A DNA stretch of 64,000 bases from Isurus oxyrinchus (GCA_026770705.1 JANJGN010000034.1:17546001-17610000); one strand, 5' to 3'. Counted from the stretch's first letter, positions 1 through 11,884 are shown. Made by a program: numbers and translations. Notes: generated from the sequence alone by a model not told the origin.

Positions 1-769
1 TGGTCATGGTGCCAAATCCCCCTCCAATAGACATGGGGAGAATTGAGCACAACACCACCTAGGCGGTGCCACTCCCTCTGGCTTCTCCCTGAGGGACCAT
101 CTTTTTTTTTATGGGATGAGAATCCCAGGTTGCCATTTGCCTTCTCTGGTGGATGTACATGATCCCAAATCTCCAGCACAAGCTGGGTTTAGTTGAAGGC
201 CCTTAATGCCTGAGCTTTAACATTCCCAAAGAAATGAAAGCAGTGAGTTACTGATCAGTGCTCCTTGTAAATCAAGCATCGGAGTGTAACCATGTGAAGC
301 TTGGGATGTAATGTACCAGCAGGGAGGTTATATCTGTGGATAAATACTTTCATTCTTTCCCTGGTGACTTTCCTGTGCCAGTTTCTGGGTTCCTTTGGGA
401 GCAGCTTGTGCTGCCCTGTACCTACAAAGGGAGTGTCCCAGTCTCAGATTTACTGGCAATTTGGGGGACATCTCAGCATGAATTTTTATACAAGTTCATC
501 GCTGGGAATGACGATTTGACAGGACAAGGCCCACGGTTCAGAAACAGAACAAAACTGTTCAAAGATCAACTGGAACAGGGCAGCTGGTTGGTTCTGATCT
601 CTGAACTCAGGAAGTCTGACCAGTACCAGCATCAGTGTCACATTTACAGGAGCACGAGTGTGGGCTATTATTGGGAGCAAACTGATCTCGTTCATCTCTC
701 TGCAAGAGGTGAGAGGTTTCTATTTCAGGTATTCTGTATTTAATCTCTGATTGTATGGGTTCGATACTG

Positions 770-1060
770 CAGTGGTTATGTTACTAGCCTAGAAATACAG
801 AGGCCTGGACTAATAACCAGAGGATGAGAGTTCAAATGCCTCCATGGCACTTTCAGAATTTAAATTCATTTATTAAGTAAAAATCTGCAAATATAAAGTT
901 GGTCCCAATAAAAGTGACCCTGAAGCTGTTGGATTGTTGTAAAACCCCAACTGGTTCACGAATGTCCCTTTAGGGAAGGAAACCTACCGTCCATACCCAG
1001 TCTGGTCTCTGTGACTCCAGTCCCGCAGTAACCTGGGTGACTTTTAACTGACATCTGACT
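770..1060 (+). mobile_element. tRNA-derived SINE-like element in the IgV intron (paralogous copies ~9197-9480 and ~26135-26420)
   Basis: A/B-box-like head (GTGGTTATGTTAC...GAGTTCAAATCCC in B/D); same intron position in all three units. Confidence 0.6.
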
Positions 1061-1179
1061 TGCTCGGCTACATCAATCAGTTTGTATCCAACCATGAGAC
1101 AGAAAATAAGAGACTAAAATTGAACAGATCACTGGTTGTGACCCAAGTATGGAATCAGGAAACAACAAGGACCCACCCA

Positions 1180-1500
1180 GCTCAGTGGACTCTGCAATAT
1201 CCCCTCCCTAAAATCTGGGGACTAGTGTCCATGTTGGGAGAGCTGGATGATATAGTCATACTCACTGATGGAAGGAGTTAACAGTGTTATCAAGCTTCCC
1301 CCCCCCCCCCCCCCCCCCCCCCCCTGCCCCCAGCTGATGAATCAGCACTCCTGCATATTGAATGCCCCTTGGAGGAAGCAGTGAGGGTAGTGAGGACACA
1401 GAATGTACTGAGTGGGGTCTTCAATGTCCTTCACTAAGGGTGGGTCAGTAATACCACCACTGATCAAACAGGCTGATCCCTGAAGGACAGAGCTGTCAAA
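1180..1500 (+). mobile_element. Degraded CR1/L2 LINE endonuclease-region fragment (copies ~9600-10050 and ~26540-26990)
   Basis: CAGCTGATGAATCAGTACTCCTCCATGTTG...GGGGACTTCA (GDF-like) segment resembling shark LINE AP-endonuclease DNA; frame broken. Confidence 0.55.
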
Positions 1501-1658
1501 CTGGGTGATGGAAGGAGTTATTGGAGCTATCAAGCTGCACTCACTCTCAGAAACGTGAATCCTGGGTGGATTCTCTCCACAGGGGGATGTAGGCTGCTGG
1601 GAATGATCCTGCTCAGGATAACTCTGGAAAACTTCCATTATACCCCACCACCCCCCAC

Positions 1659-1660
<2 letters not shown>

Positions 1661-1732
<72 letters not shown>
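1661..1732. repeat. (CA)n microsatellite, about 36 units
   Basis: Read directly; absent at the same position in units B and D. Confidence 0.95.
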
Positions 1733-1735
<3 letters not shown>

Positions 1736-3351
1736 AATGCAATCCTGTTGGATTTTTCACTCTGTTGACCCTGTTACTGATCCTTCCCGATTAGTTTGAT
1801 CCAAATCTCGTTCCTCCCTGGATGTGTTTCCCTATAGCCGGATAGAATCTTTGAACGTTTCTGCAGTTTGTTTCACACACAACACTAAACACATGTTGTT
1901 TTCTTTAGAGCGAGCTCATACACACCTGTAGCAGATAAATCTGTTTCTAAACTACTGCATGTGTTTTCAGCTCTTACTTTTGAACGTGCTGCAGAGACAG
2001 GTAGTAACATTGGAAGGTTTGAAATGCTGTGTGATATTTCACCATAGAATGATTCTGTGAGAGTGAGTGATGTGGGTCACTGTTACCTGTAACTGGTCCT
2101 TAAACTACTTGGAATTGTTATTTCTGTTTTCTGAGTCTCATCTTCCTGTCCCTCAGATACAGAACTGAGGATTCCTAGCATTAGTGTCTCTGGAATTCTG
2201 TGTGGAAAGTCTTGGTACAATTTTAACCCAACCCTCCTATTGGGAAATTCACGGGATTGAGCAACGCTGGTTGAAGTCAGTGGAGAGTAATATTGACCTG
2301 GGTGTAAATCAGTGTTCCACCGAATCCCATGGCTTTCCTGATCCGCAAATTAATTTAAAATTCCCCGCTCTATTTCAGCGGACTGTTGGGTTTAATTGGA
2401 GGGAGGTTGCTGCTGGTCAGTAATCTTGATTGGAAAACATGTATCCATCACATTGTGGGACAGTGTGTGCGTTAACGGAGCTGTGGGGTGGCCCGGTGTG
2501 TGTATGATTATTGGTATCCAACCTCCCACATCCCTCCAAGACTAGAATGAACCAGGGATCTGTTTGTACAGGGGTTGGTTCTGAAACACCTGGTGCTGAA
2601 GGTCTCGGCTGTTAGATTTGTTAGTGAGCCCCAGTCTGTTAATGGCTTCATTCTGTCTCTAGATTCTGGACTCTCGACTGGAGCAAGCGTTGGATTGGGA
2701 ATGGGGATCAGAATTCCTGTTTTTCTTCCTGCTCCACTTATTGGTTTTGTAATCCGAAAGCGACAAAGACGGTGAGTTCTAGATTGTTCCTTTGTTCCCA
2801 TTGTTAATTCTAGTTTTCTTTTATTACATTTAGTGTTGCGGAAATGTTGCATACAGCGATACACTTTGAGCTGTGTGGGATGTTTCAATGCTGCATTATC
2901 CAGTCACTTCCAGCTTGTTGTCATCCTCGAGCTGCTGAACTGACGGTGAAGAGCAGGAATGTGCGGCTCCCTCACACAGTTAATAGACACTTGCCGAATC
3001 TCTGTACCAAACAACTCGCCAGCTGACACTAAAAACGCTAAAATCCCCTTGTTGCCTCTCCTCTGACTTTTCTCCACCCTCTGATCCTTGCTCTGTTCCC
3101 CAGTCACTGACCCCATCCTCTTCCCTGTCCTCTGAAGCTGAACCAGAGCTGAATTTCTGACCCCATATCCTCTCCATCATAAAGACCACCTCCCTCCAGC
3201 TCTGTGACATCCCCTGTCTCTGACCCTGTATCAGCTCATCTGCTGCTCAAACCCTGCACCATGTCATTGTTACCACTCACATTGACTATTCCAATGCTCC
3301 CTGAGCCAGATACCCATCATGTCAACGTCAGCTCATCGAAAACTCTGCCCC

Positions 3352-3480
3352 TTGGCGCCGACCCTCCGACAGCGTGGCGCCCCCTCAGTGCCGACCCTCC
3401 GACAGCGCGGCGCCCCTTTAGGGCCGACCCTCCGACAGCGCAGCGCCCCCTCAGCCTCAGTGCTGACCCTCCGACAACAG
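3352..3480. repeat. Short array of the 33-bp SINE-derived repeat (GACCCTCCGACAGCGCGGCGCCCCCTCAGT...)
   Basis: 3-4 units, same family as 15920-16655. Confidence 0.85.
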
Positions 3481-3759
3481 AATGTGTTAATAGCAGAACG
3501 CGGGTCCACACTCGGTGAAGGAACAACATGGAAGAAGTGACAGATGGTCCTTTGGGGTGGGGAGAGGGGACATTGGAAGTGAGAAGAATAGCAAGTGGGA
3601 TAAAAAAGGGGATAAATCAGTGAATAAATGATTGAAAATAAGTAGGTGAAACAATAAAAACATTTTAAAAATGGGATTAAAGAAGTGGGAGAGGATAGAG
3701 GAGAAATTCCATGACCTGAAGTTGAACTTCATGTTAAGACTGCAAGGCTGTAAAGTTTG

Positions 3760-4318
3760 AGTTGAGGTCCGCCCCGGACATGGGAGCTGGAAAGTGGGTC
3801 CTGGGACCGCAACTGGACACTGACGGATCTGCGGTCACATCCTGCAGAGGGAGGGGCGGGTCTGGGAATCAGTGACCAATGGAGATGGAGAATCCGCCCG
3901 TGGCGCAGCAAATATTGTCCAATGAGAGGAGGGGGCAGCGCGGGTCCTGCTCCGTAGATAGAAACAAAGCGCGGAGGCTGGAAATCCAGAACCAAAGCAG
4001 AAATACCTGGAAAAACTCAGCAGGTCTGAGAGGATCTTCGGGGAGGAACAAAGGCGACGCCTCGAGTCCTCAGGACCCTTCACCAGAAATGTTGGGATTT
4101 TCTGTTATTGTTTCGGCTCCTGTCCTGTGTCCAGTGAGGATCAGGAGGGCGGCTCCTGCTCAGTCTAACGGTTTCTTTCGGTTCCTCAAACTACCCCCGA
4201 GAGGAGTCGGTGAGAGCGAGGACCCCCCCCGCACCCCGGGTGAATTTCTATATCACACCCGTAAAATCAACCGGGATCTCCCCCCACTGGACTCTCCCTG
4301 ATCCCGGTGTGGACCCGA
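3760..4318 (+). promoter_or_regulatory. Putative promoter/5'UTR of unit B
   Basis: CpG-rich; GC box ~3854; CCAAT at ~3876 and ~3919; homologous sequence precedes exon 1 in units C and D; interrupted by a short Penelope end fragment (~3960-4090). Confidence 0.6.
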
Positions 4319-4339
4319 ATGGATGGAAAGGAGCTGCGG
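4319..4339 (+). CDS. Unit B exon 1 coding part (MDGKELR)
   Basis: ATG GAT GGA AAG GAG CTG CGG|GTACCG; the phase-0 donor matches the phase-0 leader exon, which has no in-frame ATG; conserved in three units. Confidence 0.65.
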
Positions 4340-4532
4340 GTACCGGCAGGGCCTCAGAGCCGGGAGTGGGGTTGGGGGAGTGGGGGGGCCGTGGGTCCGG
4401 GTGTCGGGGGGACCGGGAATGGGGGGGGGGGGGGTGGTTTGGATGCGGGTGAAATGTGGGGAACAAGGAAACTGAACTGATCCGCGATCCGGGGAAAACA
4501 TTAAAAAATGGAACTGGGATCGGGAGGGAGAA

Positions 4533-6190
4533 ACTCAGCAGGTCTGACAGCGTCAGTGGAGAGGAAAACAGTTAATGTTTGCAGTCCGAATGACTCTTCA
4601 ACAGAGCCAAGGAGAAATAGAAGAGGTGAAATATAAGCTGGTTTAAGGGGTGGGGTGAGACAGGTAGAGCTGGATAGAGGGTCAGTGATAGGTGGAGACA
4701 ACCAAAAGATGTCACAGACAAAAGGACAAAGAGGTGTTGAAGGTGGTGATATTATCTAAGAAATGTGCTATTTAAGGGTAGAAAGCAGGACAAGCAAGGG
4801 ACAGATAGTGGGGTGGGGGTGGGGTGGCATCATCAGAACAGATGCGACGGAGGCGAAGGAACTGAGTCGCATCTGTTCTGATGATATCACTTTCAAAACC
4901 AGTTCCTCTGACGTGTCCTTCTTCTTCCTTAACTGAGGTTTTCCACCCACGGTGGTTGACAGGGCCCTCAGCCGTGTCTGGCCCATCTCCCGCGCATCCA
5001 CCCTCACACCTTCTCCTCCCTCCCAGATACATGATCGGGTCCCCCTTGTCCTCACTTATCATCCCACCAGCCTCCGCATTCAAAGGATCATCCTCCGCCA
5101 TTTCCGCCAACTCCAGCATGATGCCACCACCAAACACATCTTCCCTTCACCCCCCTGGCGGTTTTTCACAGGGATCATTCCCTCCAGGACACCCTGGTCC
5201 AGTCCTCCATCATCCCCTACACCTCAACCCCCTCCCACCGCACCTTCCCATGCAACTGCAGAAGGTGCAACACCTGCCCCTTTACTTCCCCTCTCCTCAC
5301 CGTCCAAGGGCCCAAACACTTCTTTCAAGTGAAGCAGTATTTCACTTGCACTTCCCTCAATATGTCTACTGCATTCGTTGCTCCCAATGCGGTTTCCTCT
5401 ACATTGGAGAGACCAAACGCAGACTGGGTGACCACTTTGCGCAACACCTTCGGTCTGTCCGCAAGCATTAGCCAGACCTCCCTGTCGTTTGCCATTTCAA
5501 CGCTCCACCCTGCTCTCATGCCCACATGTCCGTCCTTGGCCTGCTGCATTGTTTCAGTAAAGCTCAACGCAAACTGGAGGAACAGCACCTCATCTTCCAA
5601 CTGGGCACTTTAGAGCCTTCCGGACTGAATATTGAGTTCAACAGTTTTAGATCATGAACTCTCTCCTGCATCCCCACCCCCTTTTGGATCTCCCCCCCAC
5701 TTTTTTCCCCAATAATTTATATATAGATTTTTCTTTTCCCACCTTTTTCCATTATTTTTATATGTATTTCCATCCATTGTTTTATCTCTACCTTTTAGCC
5801 TTTTTATTGATTCCTTCCCTCCACCCCACCCCCATTGGGCTATCTATACCTTGCTTGTCCTGTTTTCCACCCTTAATGTCACCTATTATCACATTCCTTT
5901 AGATAATATCACCACCTTCAACACTCATTGTCCTTTTGTCTGTGACATCTTTTGGTTATCTCCACCTATCATTGGCCTTCTAACCAGCTCTACCTGTCCC
6001 CCCCCCCCGTCCCCCCCCAAACCACCTTTTTTTCACCGCTCTTCTATTTTTCCTTAGTTCTGTTGAAGAGTCATTCGGACTTGAAACGTTAACTGTTTTC
6101 CTCTCCACAGATGCTGTCAGACCTGCTGACTTTTTTCCAGGTATTTTTGTTTTTGTTTTGGATTTCCAGCACCCGCAGTTTTTTGCATTC
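4533..6190 (+). mobile_element. Penelope-like element, 5'-truncated and frameshifted, with an inverted terminal segment (4533-~4825, - strand)
   Basis: RT C-terminal remnant (RVPLVLTYHPTSLRIQRIILRHF) and GIY-YIG remnant (VYCIRCSQCGFLYIGETKRRLGDHFAQH); inverted copy of the 3' terminal repeat at the left end. Confidence 0.9.
6056..6094 (+). ncRNA. Minimal type I hammerhead-like motif in a Penelope terminus
   Basis: AGTT-CTGTTGA-A-GAGTC attcg GACTT-GAAAC-GTT-AACT. Confidence 0.55.
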
Positions 6191-6354
6191 ATCGGGAGGG
6201 AGAAACCTGTTGAACTCGGACTCAGTCTCAGTGCGGGAGTGGGAGGGGTTTGGATGCGGGTGAAATGTGGGGAGAAAGGAAACTGAACTGATCCGCAATC
6301 TGGGGAAAACATTAAATAACGGAACTAAGATCCGGAGGGATAAACCTGTTGAAT

Positions 6355-7550
6355 TAAAAACAAAAAACTACGGATGCTGGACATCCAAAACAAAAACAGA
6401 AATACCTGGAAAAACTCAGCAGGTCTGGCAGCATCGGCGGACAAGAAAAGAGTTGACGTTTCGAGTCCTCATGACCCTTCAACAGAGCTAAGTAAAAATA
6501 GGAAAGGGGTGAAATATAAGCTGGTTTAAGGTGGGGGGTGTTGGTTGTAAGGACAAGGAAGCAGTGATAGGAGCAGATAATCAAAAGATGTCACAGGCAA
6601 AAGAACAAAGAGGTGTTGAAGGTGGTGATATTATCTAAACGAATGTGCTAATTAAGAATGGATGGCAGGACACAAGGTACAGCTCTAGTGGGGTTGGGGT
6701 GGAATAAGACCAACAGGGCATAAAAGATATAGATTTAAAAATAATGGAAATAGGTGGGAAAAGGAAAATCTATATAAATTATTGGAAAAAAACAAAAGGG
6801 AGGGGGAAGAAACGGAAAGGGGGTGGGGATGGAGGAGGGAGTTCAAGATCTAAAGTTGTTGAATTCAATATTCAGTCCAGAAGGCTGTGAAGTGCCTAGT
6901 CGGAAGATGAGGTGCTGTTCCTCCAGTTTGCTTTGAGCTTCACTGGAACAATGCAGCAAGTCAAGGACAGACATGTGGGCAAGAGAGCAGGGTGGAGTGT
7001 TAAAATGGCAAGCGACAGGGAGGTTTGGGTCATTCTTGTGGACAGACCGCAGGTGTTCTGCAAAGCAGTCACCCAGTTTGAGTTTGGTCTCTCCGATGTA
7101 GAGGAGACCGCATTGGGAGCAATGAATGCAGTAGACTAAGTTGGGGGAAATGCAAGTAAAAGGCTGTTTCATGTGAAGGGAGTATTTGGGTCCTTGGACG
7201 GTGAGGAGAGAGGAAGTGAAGGGGCAGGTGTTGCATCTTTTGCGTGGGCATGGGGAGGTGCCATAGGTGGGGGTTGAGGAGTAGGGAGTGATGGAGGAGT
7301 GGACCATGGTGTCCAAGAGGGAACGATCCCTACGGAATGCCGCCGGTGGGGTGAAAGGAAGATGTGTTTGGTGGTGGCATCATGCTGGAGTAGGCGGAAA
7401 TGGCGGAGGATGATCCTTTGAAAGCGGAGACTGGTGGGGTGATAAGTGAGGACAAGGGGGACCCTATCATGTTTCTGGGAGGGAGGAGAAGGCGTGAAGG
7501 CGGATGCGTAGGAGATGGGCTGGACACAGCTGAGGGTCCTGTCAACGACC
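6355..7550 (-). mobile_element. Penelope-like element, 5'-truncated
   Basis: ORFs 6843-7316 (GIY-YIG) and 7169-7645 (RT C-terminus), frameshifted. Confidence 0.9.
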
Positions 7551-7579
7551 ATGAGTGACCTGTTGAACTTGGATTCAGG

Positions 7580-7740
7580 CTCAGTGCGCATGCTCCTCTC
7601 CGGGGCCCGGCCCCTTTCTCCAGCTCCCGGGCGCATGCCTGGCATCAGTCAATCTTCACCCGGGGGCAGGCCATAAACCCGCGCATGCGCCTACCCCGGC
7701 CCAGTCCCATCATCAACCTGATCAGGAAGTGAACCTGTTG
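7580..7740. promoter_or_regulatory. Intronic CpG patch with three NRF1-type GCGCATGC motifs and an ETS/IRF-like GGAAGTGAAC (copy at ~24510-24665)
   Basis: Motifs read directly and conserved in units B and D; function not shown. Confidence 0.45.
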
Positions 7741-7771
7741 TAAAGGGGGTAACTGTGTTTTCTTGTTGCAG

Positions 7772-7829
7772 GGACACAACTTACAGAAGCTACTCCTGCT
7801 GCTTCTCAATGTTGTTGCTGCTGTTTCAG
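7772..7829 (+). CDS. Unit B exon 2, signal peptide (GHNLQKLLLLLLNVVAAVS)
   Basis: Acceptor ttttcttgttgcAG, donor CAG|GTAAGT, hydrophobic leader, phase 0-1. Confidence 0.85.
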
Positions 7830-8792
7830 GTAAGTGCTGTGACTGCTGGAACATTTCAGCAGTGATCAAAGGGAGGGGGGAATCAGGAATTCATCTTGCT
7901 TTAAGGAGCTGTGTGTACTGCAAGTGGAGCCATTGAGGGAGTGGACACAGTAGGTTCACATCACACATCATGATCCTGAGAACTGAAAGGAAGGCAGTTA
8001 ATGTCTTTAGATTAACCCCTGTGATGTAAACTGTGGGACACTCGGTGACACTGGGATGGGTGACTGGTATCAAGTGGGCTTGGGATGGGGTCCTGAGCAC
8101 TGGGATCAGGAGTCTGGGACATTCCTGGGATCAAATAGAACTGGGAATTGTTTTGGAACTGGGAATTGTTTTGGAGTAGGGACTTCAGGACTGGGGAATT
8201 GGGCTTTGATTCCTGGGAGTGGGCAGAGTCCACCGATATTGGGGGGGAGGACCAAGGTCTGACATGTTAGTGATGGAGGGAGGTAAGGATCCATATTGCC
8301 TCAGCCCCTTTCAGACAATCAGGTTCTGCCTCCCCCTACACGGTGCACTCGTCCGTCACTGTTCCCCAATCTGTGCAAAACCACTTCCACATGCTCTGGT
8401 ACCCCCTCCCCACCCATTCCTGTCTTTACGTTTCAGGGTCAGTTTTATGTTCCTGTGCTCCACCTCACATTGTGCGCCTCCAGCCTGTGATTTTTCTCCC
8501 AAGGGGAGGTGACCAATATCCTGATGTGTTCTCCCAGCATGTGTACAAATGAAAAACATGTGATTCAAAGTGCTGTCCAGCTGCTCTGTGCTTACAAATC
8601 TCCAGCACAAGCTGGTTTTAGTTGAAGGCCCTTAATTCCTGAGCTTCATCCTTTCCACAGAAATGAAAGCAGTGAGTTATTGATCAGTGTTTCTTGTAAA
8701 CTGAGCATCACATTGTAAGCAGGTGAAACATGGGTTGTATTGTACCAGCAGGGAGGTTATATCTTTTGATAAATACTTGCAATCTTTTCCAG

Positions 8793-9137
8793 GTAACTTG
8801 CCTGTCCCAGTTTCTGGGTTCCTTGGGGAGCAGGTTGTGCTGCCCTGTACCTACAAAGTGAATGTCCCAGTCTCTGATTTACTGGTAGTCTGGGAGACAG
8901 CCAACGGTGAAATTTTACAGAAGTTCATCGCTGGGAACGACGATTTGACACAACAAGATCCACGATTCAGAAACAGAACAAACCTGTTCAAAGATCAACT
9001 GGGACAAGGCAACTGGTCAGTTCTGATCTCTGACCTCAGGGAGTCAGACCAGAACCAGTATATATGTGACATTTACAAAAGGATAGCTGTGGGTTATAAA
9101 TGGGAGCAAACTGATATCATCCATCTTTCTGTGACAG
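8793..9137 (+). CDS. Unit B exon 3, B7/butyrophilin-like IgV domain
   Basis: 345-nt phase 1-1 exon; GEQVVLPC, W, QDPRFRNRTNLFKDQLGQGNWSVLI, DQNQYIC match the B7-family V-set signature. Confidence 0.92.
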
Positions 9138-10478
9138 GTGAGAGATGTCTGCTTCAGGTATTCTGTACTTAATCTCTGTATGGGTTCGGTAATTCAGTGG
9201 TTATGTTACTAGACTAGTAATACAGAGGCCTGGACTAATAATCCAGAGGATGAGAGTTCAAATCCCAGCATGGCACTTCCAGAATTTAAAATCAGTTTAT
9301 TAAATAAAAATCTGGAAATATAAAGTTAGTTGCAATAAAAGTGACCCTGAAGCTGTTGGATTGTTGTAAAACCCCAACTGGTTCATGAATGTCCCTTGAG
9401 GGAAGGAAACCTGCTGTCCTTACCCAGTCCCACCGTAAACTGGTTGGTTAAGCTGGCCTAGGAGGTCAGAGGGCAGTTAAAAATGAATTGATATCAAACC
9501 ATTGGAAAGAAAGAATAGAATAAAACTGAATTATCATTGGCTTCACCCCAGGCATCGAATCAGGAAACAACACAGACAAACCCAGGCCAGTTGACATTGG
9601 AAAGTCCCCTCACTAACATCTGGGGACTGGTGTCCAAGTTGGGAGAGCTGTCTGGCAGAGTCATACTGACAGAATTGACCCTGAATCCCAGTCTCCTCTG
9701 TCACCATCCCTGGGTATGTTCTGTCCCATTGGCAGGACAGTCCCACCAGAGATGCAGTATACAGTCCGGAGGGAGTAGTCCTGGGGATCCTCAACATTGA
9801 CTCTGAACCCCATGAAGTCTCACATCTCCAGGTCAAACCTCCTGCTGATTATCACCTACTGCCTCCCTCAGCTGATGAATCAGTACTCCTCCATGTTGAT
9901 CACCCCTTGGAGGAAGCAGTGAGGGTGGCAAGGACACAGAATGTACTGAGTGGGGACTTCACTGTCCCTCACCAAGGGTGGGTCAGTAATACCATCACTG
10001 ATCAAGCTGATGGGGCCCTGAAGGACAGAGCTGTCAAACTGGGTGATGGAAGGATTTAATGGAGCTATCAAGCTGCACTCACTCTCCAGCAAAGAGCTCT
10101 ATCTGTCTCCAGATGTTGGGGTGCAGGAGGTGGGCCCCATCACACCTCTCAGGTTGCCTTTCCAAGACCCAGTGTACTTATTTTGATAGTGTATCCCAGT
10201 AGACCCAGGATCCTGTGGGGATTCTCTCCACAGGGGGATGTAGGCTGCTGGGACTGATCCTGCTCAGGGTAACTCTGGAAATCTTCCATTCTACCCACCA
10301 CAGTTAATGCAATCCTGTTGGATTTTTCACTCTGCCGACCCTGTTCCTGATCCTTCCCGATCAGTTTGATCCGAGTCTCGTTCCTTCCTGGATGTGTTTC
10401 CCTAAAGCCCAATAGAGTCACTGAACATTTCTGCAGTTTGTTTCACACACAGTGCTAAACACATGTTGTTTTCTTTAG

Positions 10479-10517
10479 AGCGACCTCAAACACCTGTACC
10501 GACCATGCCTGTACCAG
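10479..10517 (+). CDS. Unit B exon 4, Pro/Thr stalk (ERPQTPVPTMPVP)
   Basis: 39 nt, ttttctttAG acceptor, CAG|GTAAAT donor, phase 1-1. Confidence 0.75.
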
Positions 10518-11248
10518 GTAAATCTGTTTCTAAACTACTCCATGTATTTTCAGCTCTTACTTTTGAACATGCTGCAGAGACAGGGAGTAACATTGGAAGG
10601 TTTGAAATGCTGTGTGATATTTCACCATAGAATGATTCTGTGAGAGTGAGTGGTGTGGGTCACTGTTACCTGTAACTGGCCCTGAAACTACCTGGAATTG
10701 TTATTTCTGTTTGAGTCTCACCTTCCTGTCTCTCAGATGCAAAACTGTGAGGATTCCTGCTTCCCACTAGCAGTCTGGAATTCTGTGTGGAAAGTCTTGG
10801 TACAATTATAACCGAACCCTCCTGTTGGGAAAATGACGGGATTGGGTGTAACACTGATTGAAGTCAGTGATGAGTAATATTGAGCTAGGTGTAAATCTGT
10901 ACTATGCCCAGGCCCGCGGTTTTCCTGATCCGCAAATTAGTTTAAAATTCCTGCTCTATTTCAGCGGACTGTTGGGTTTAATTGGAGGGAGTTTGCTGCT
11001 GGTCAGTGTCCAGTTATCTCGATTGGAAAGCATGTATCCATCACATTGTGGGACAGTGTGTGTGTGCAAAGAGCTGTGGGGTGGCCTGGTGTGTATGTGA
11101 TTATTGGTATCTAACCTTCCTCCAGGACTAGAATTAATCAGAGATCTGTTTGTACTGGGGTTGGTTGTGAAACACTAGGTGCTGAAGGTCTCTGCTGTTA
11201 GTTTTGTTAGTGTGTCCCAGTCTGTTAATGTCTTCAATCTGTCCATAG

Positions 11249-11348
11249 ATTCTGGGCTCTCGACTGGAGCAAGAGTGGGATTGGGAATTGGAATTCTTGT
11301 TTTTCTTGCTGCAGTTATTGGTTTTGTCATCCGAAAGTGGCAAAGACG
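11249..11348 (+). CDS. Unit B exon 5, transmembrane (DSGLSTGARVGLGIGILVFLAAVIGFVIRKWQR)
   Basis: 100 nt, AG acceptor and GTGAGT donor; hydrophobic helix followed by a basic stop-transfer segment. Confidence 0.88.
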
Positions 11349-11884
11349 GTGAGTTCTAGAATGTTCCACGGCTCCCATTGTTAATTCCAATTTAGTTTTA
11401 TTACATTTAGTGTTGCGGAAATGTTGTGTACAGTGATACACTTTGAGCTGTGTTGGATGTTTCAATGCTGCATTATCCAGTCACTTCCAGCTTGTAATCT
11501 TCCTCTAGCTGCTGAACTGACGATGAGCAGGAATGTGCGGCTCCCTCTATCACACAGTTAATAGACACTCGCCGAATCTCTGTACCAAAGAACTCACCAG
11601 CCGACATCCAAAATTCCCTTGTTGCCTCTTCTCTGATTTTTCTCCACCCTCTGATCCTTGCTCTGTTCCCCAGTCACTGACTCCATCCCCCTCTGTCAGC
11701 TTCAGCTCATCGAAAACTCTGCTGCCCCACATCCTAACTTACTCCCAAGTCCTGTTCACCCTCACACCCTCTGCTCACTCACCTACATTCATCCCCCTGT
11801 TCAAACTCCCCGATGGCCTCAGCCCCCCCCTACCCCTTTTAACTCCTCCTGGGCCGACAGCCTTTGAGATGCCTGTGCTCATCT

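Larger units (their letters stand above)
364..2771 (+). pseudogene. Unit A: decayed copy of the single-IgV B7/BTN-like membrane protein gene (IgV exon 364-708, dead stalk exon 1909-1934, TM exon 2663-2771; 5' exons lie outside the window, tail exon deleted)
   Basis: Colinear with units B and D. IgV acceptor AG>TG (362-363); Y-x-C changed to H-x-C; stalk exon frameshifted with a stop and donor GT>AT (1935-36); TM has gained Arg and Pro residues; at ~3350 the sequence jumps to the downstream 33-bp array and skips the tail exon. Confidence 0.8.

Noticed and set aside
8793-9137. Rearranging Ig/TCR V segments
   Set aside because: No recombination signal sequence is evident; the exon includes the G strand and ends in a splice donor.
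8723-9172. Single-exon reading of the IgV ORFs (also 336-743 and 25661-26110)
   Set aside because: They start at non-ATG codons in intron sequence and run past canonical splice sites; the 345-nt exon model fits better.
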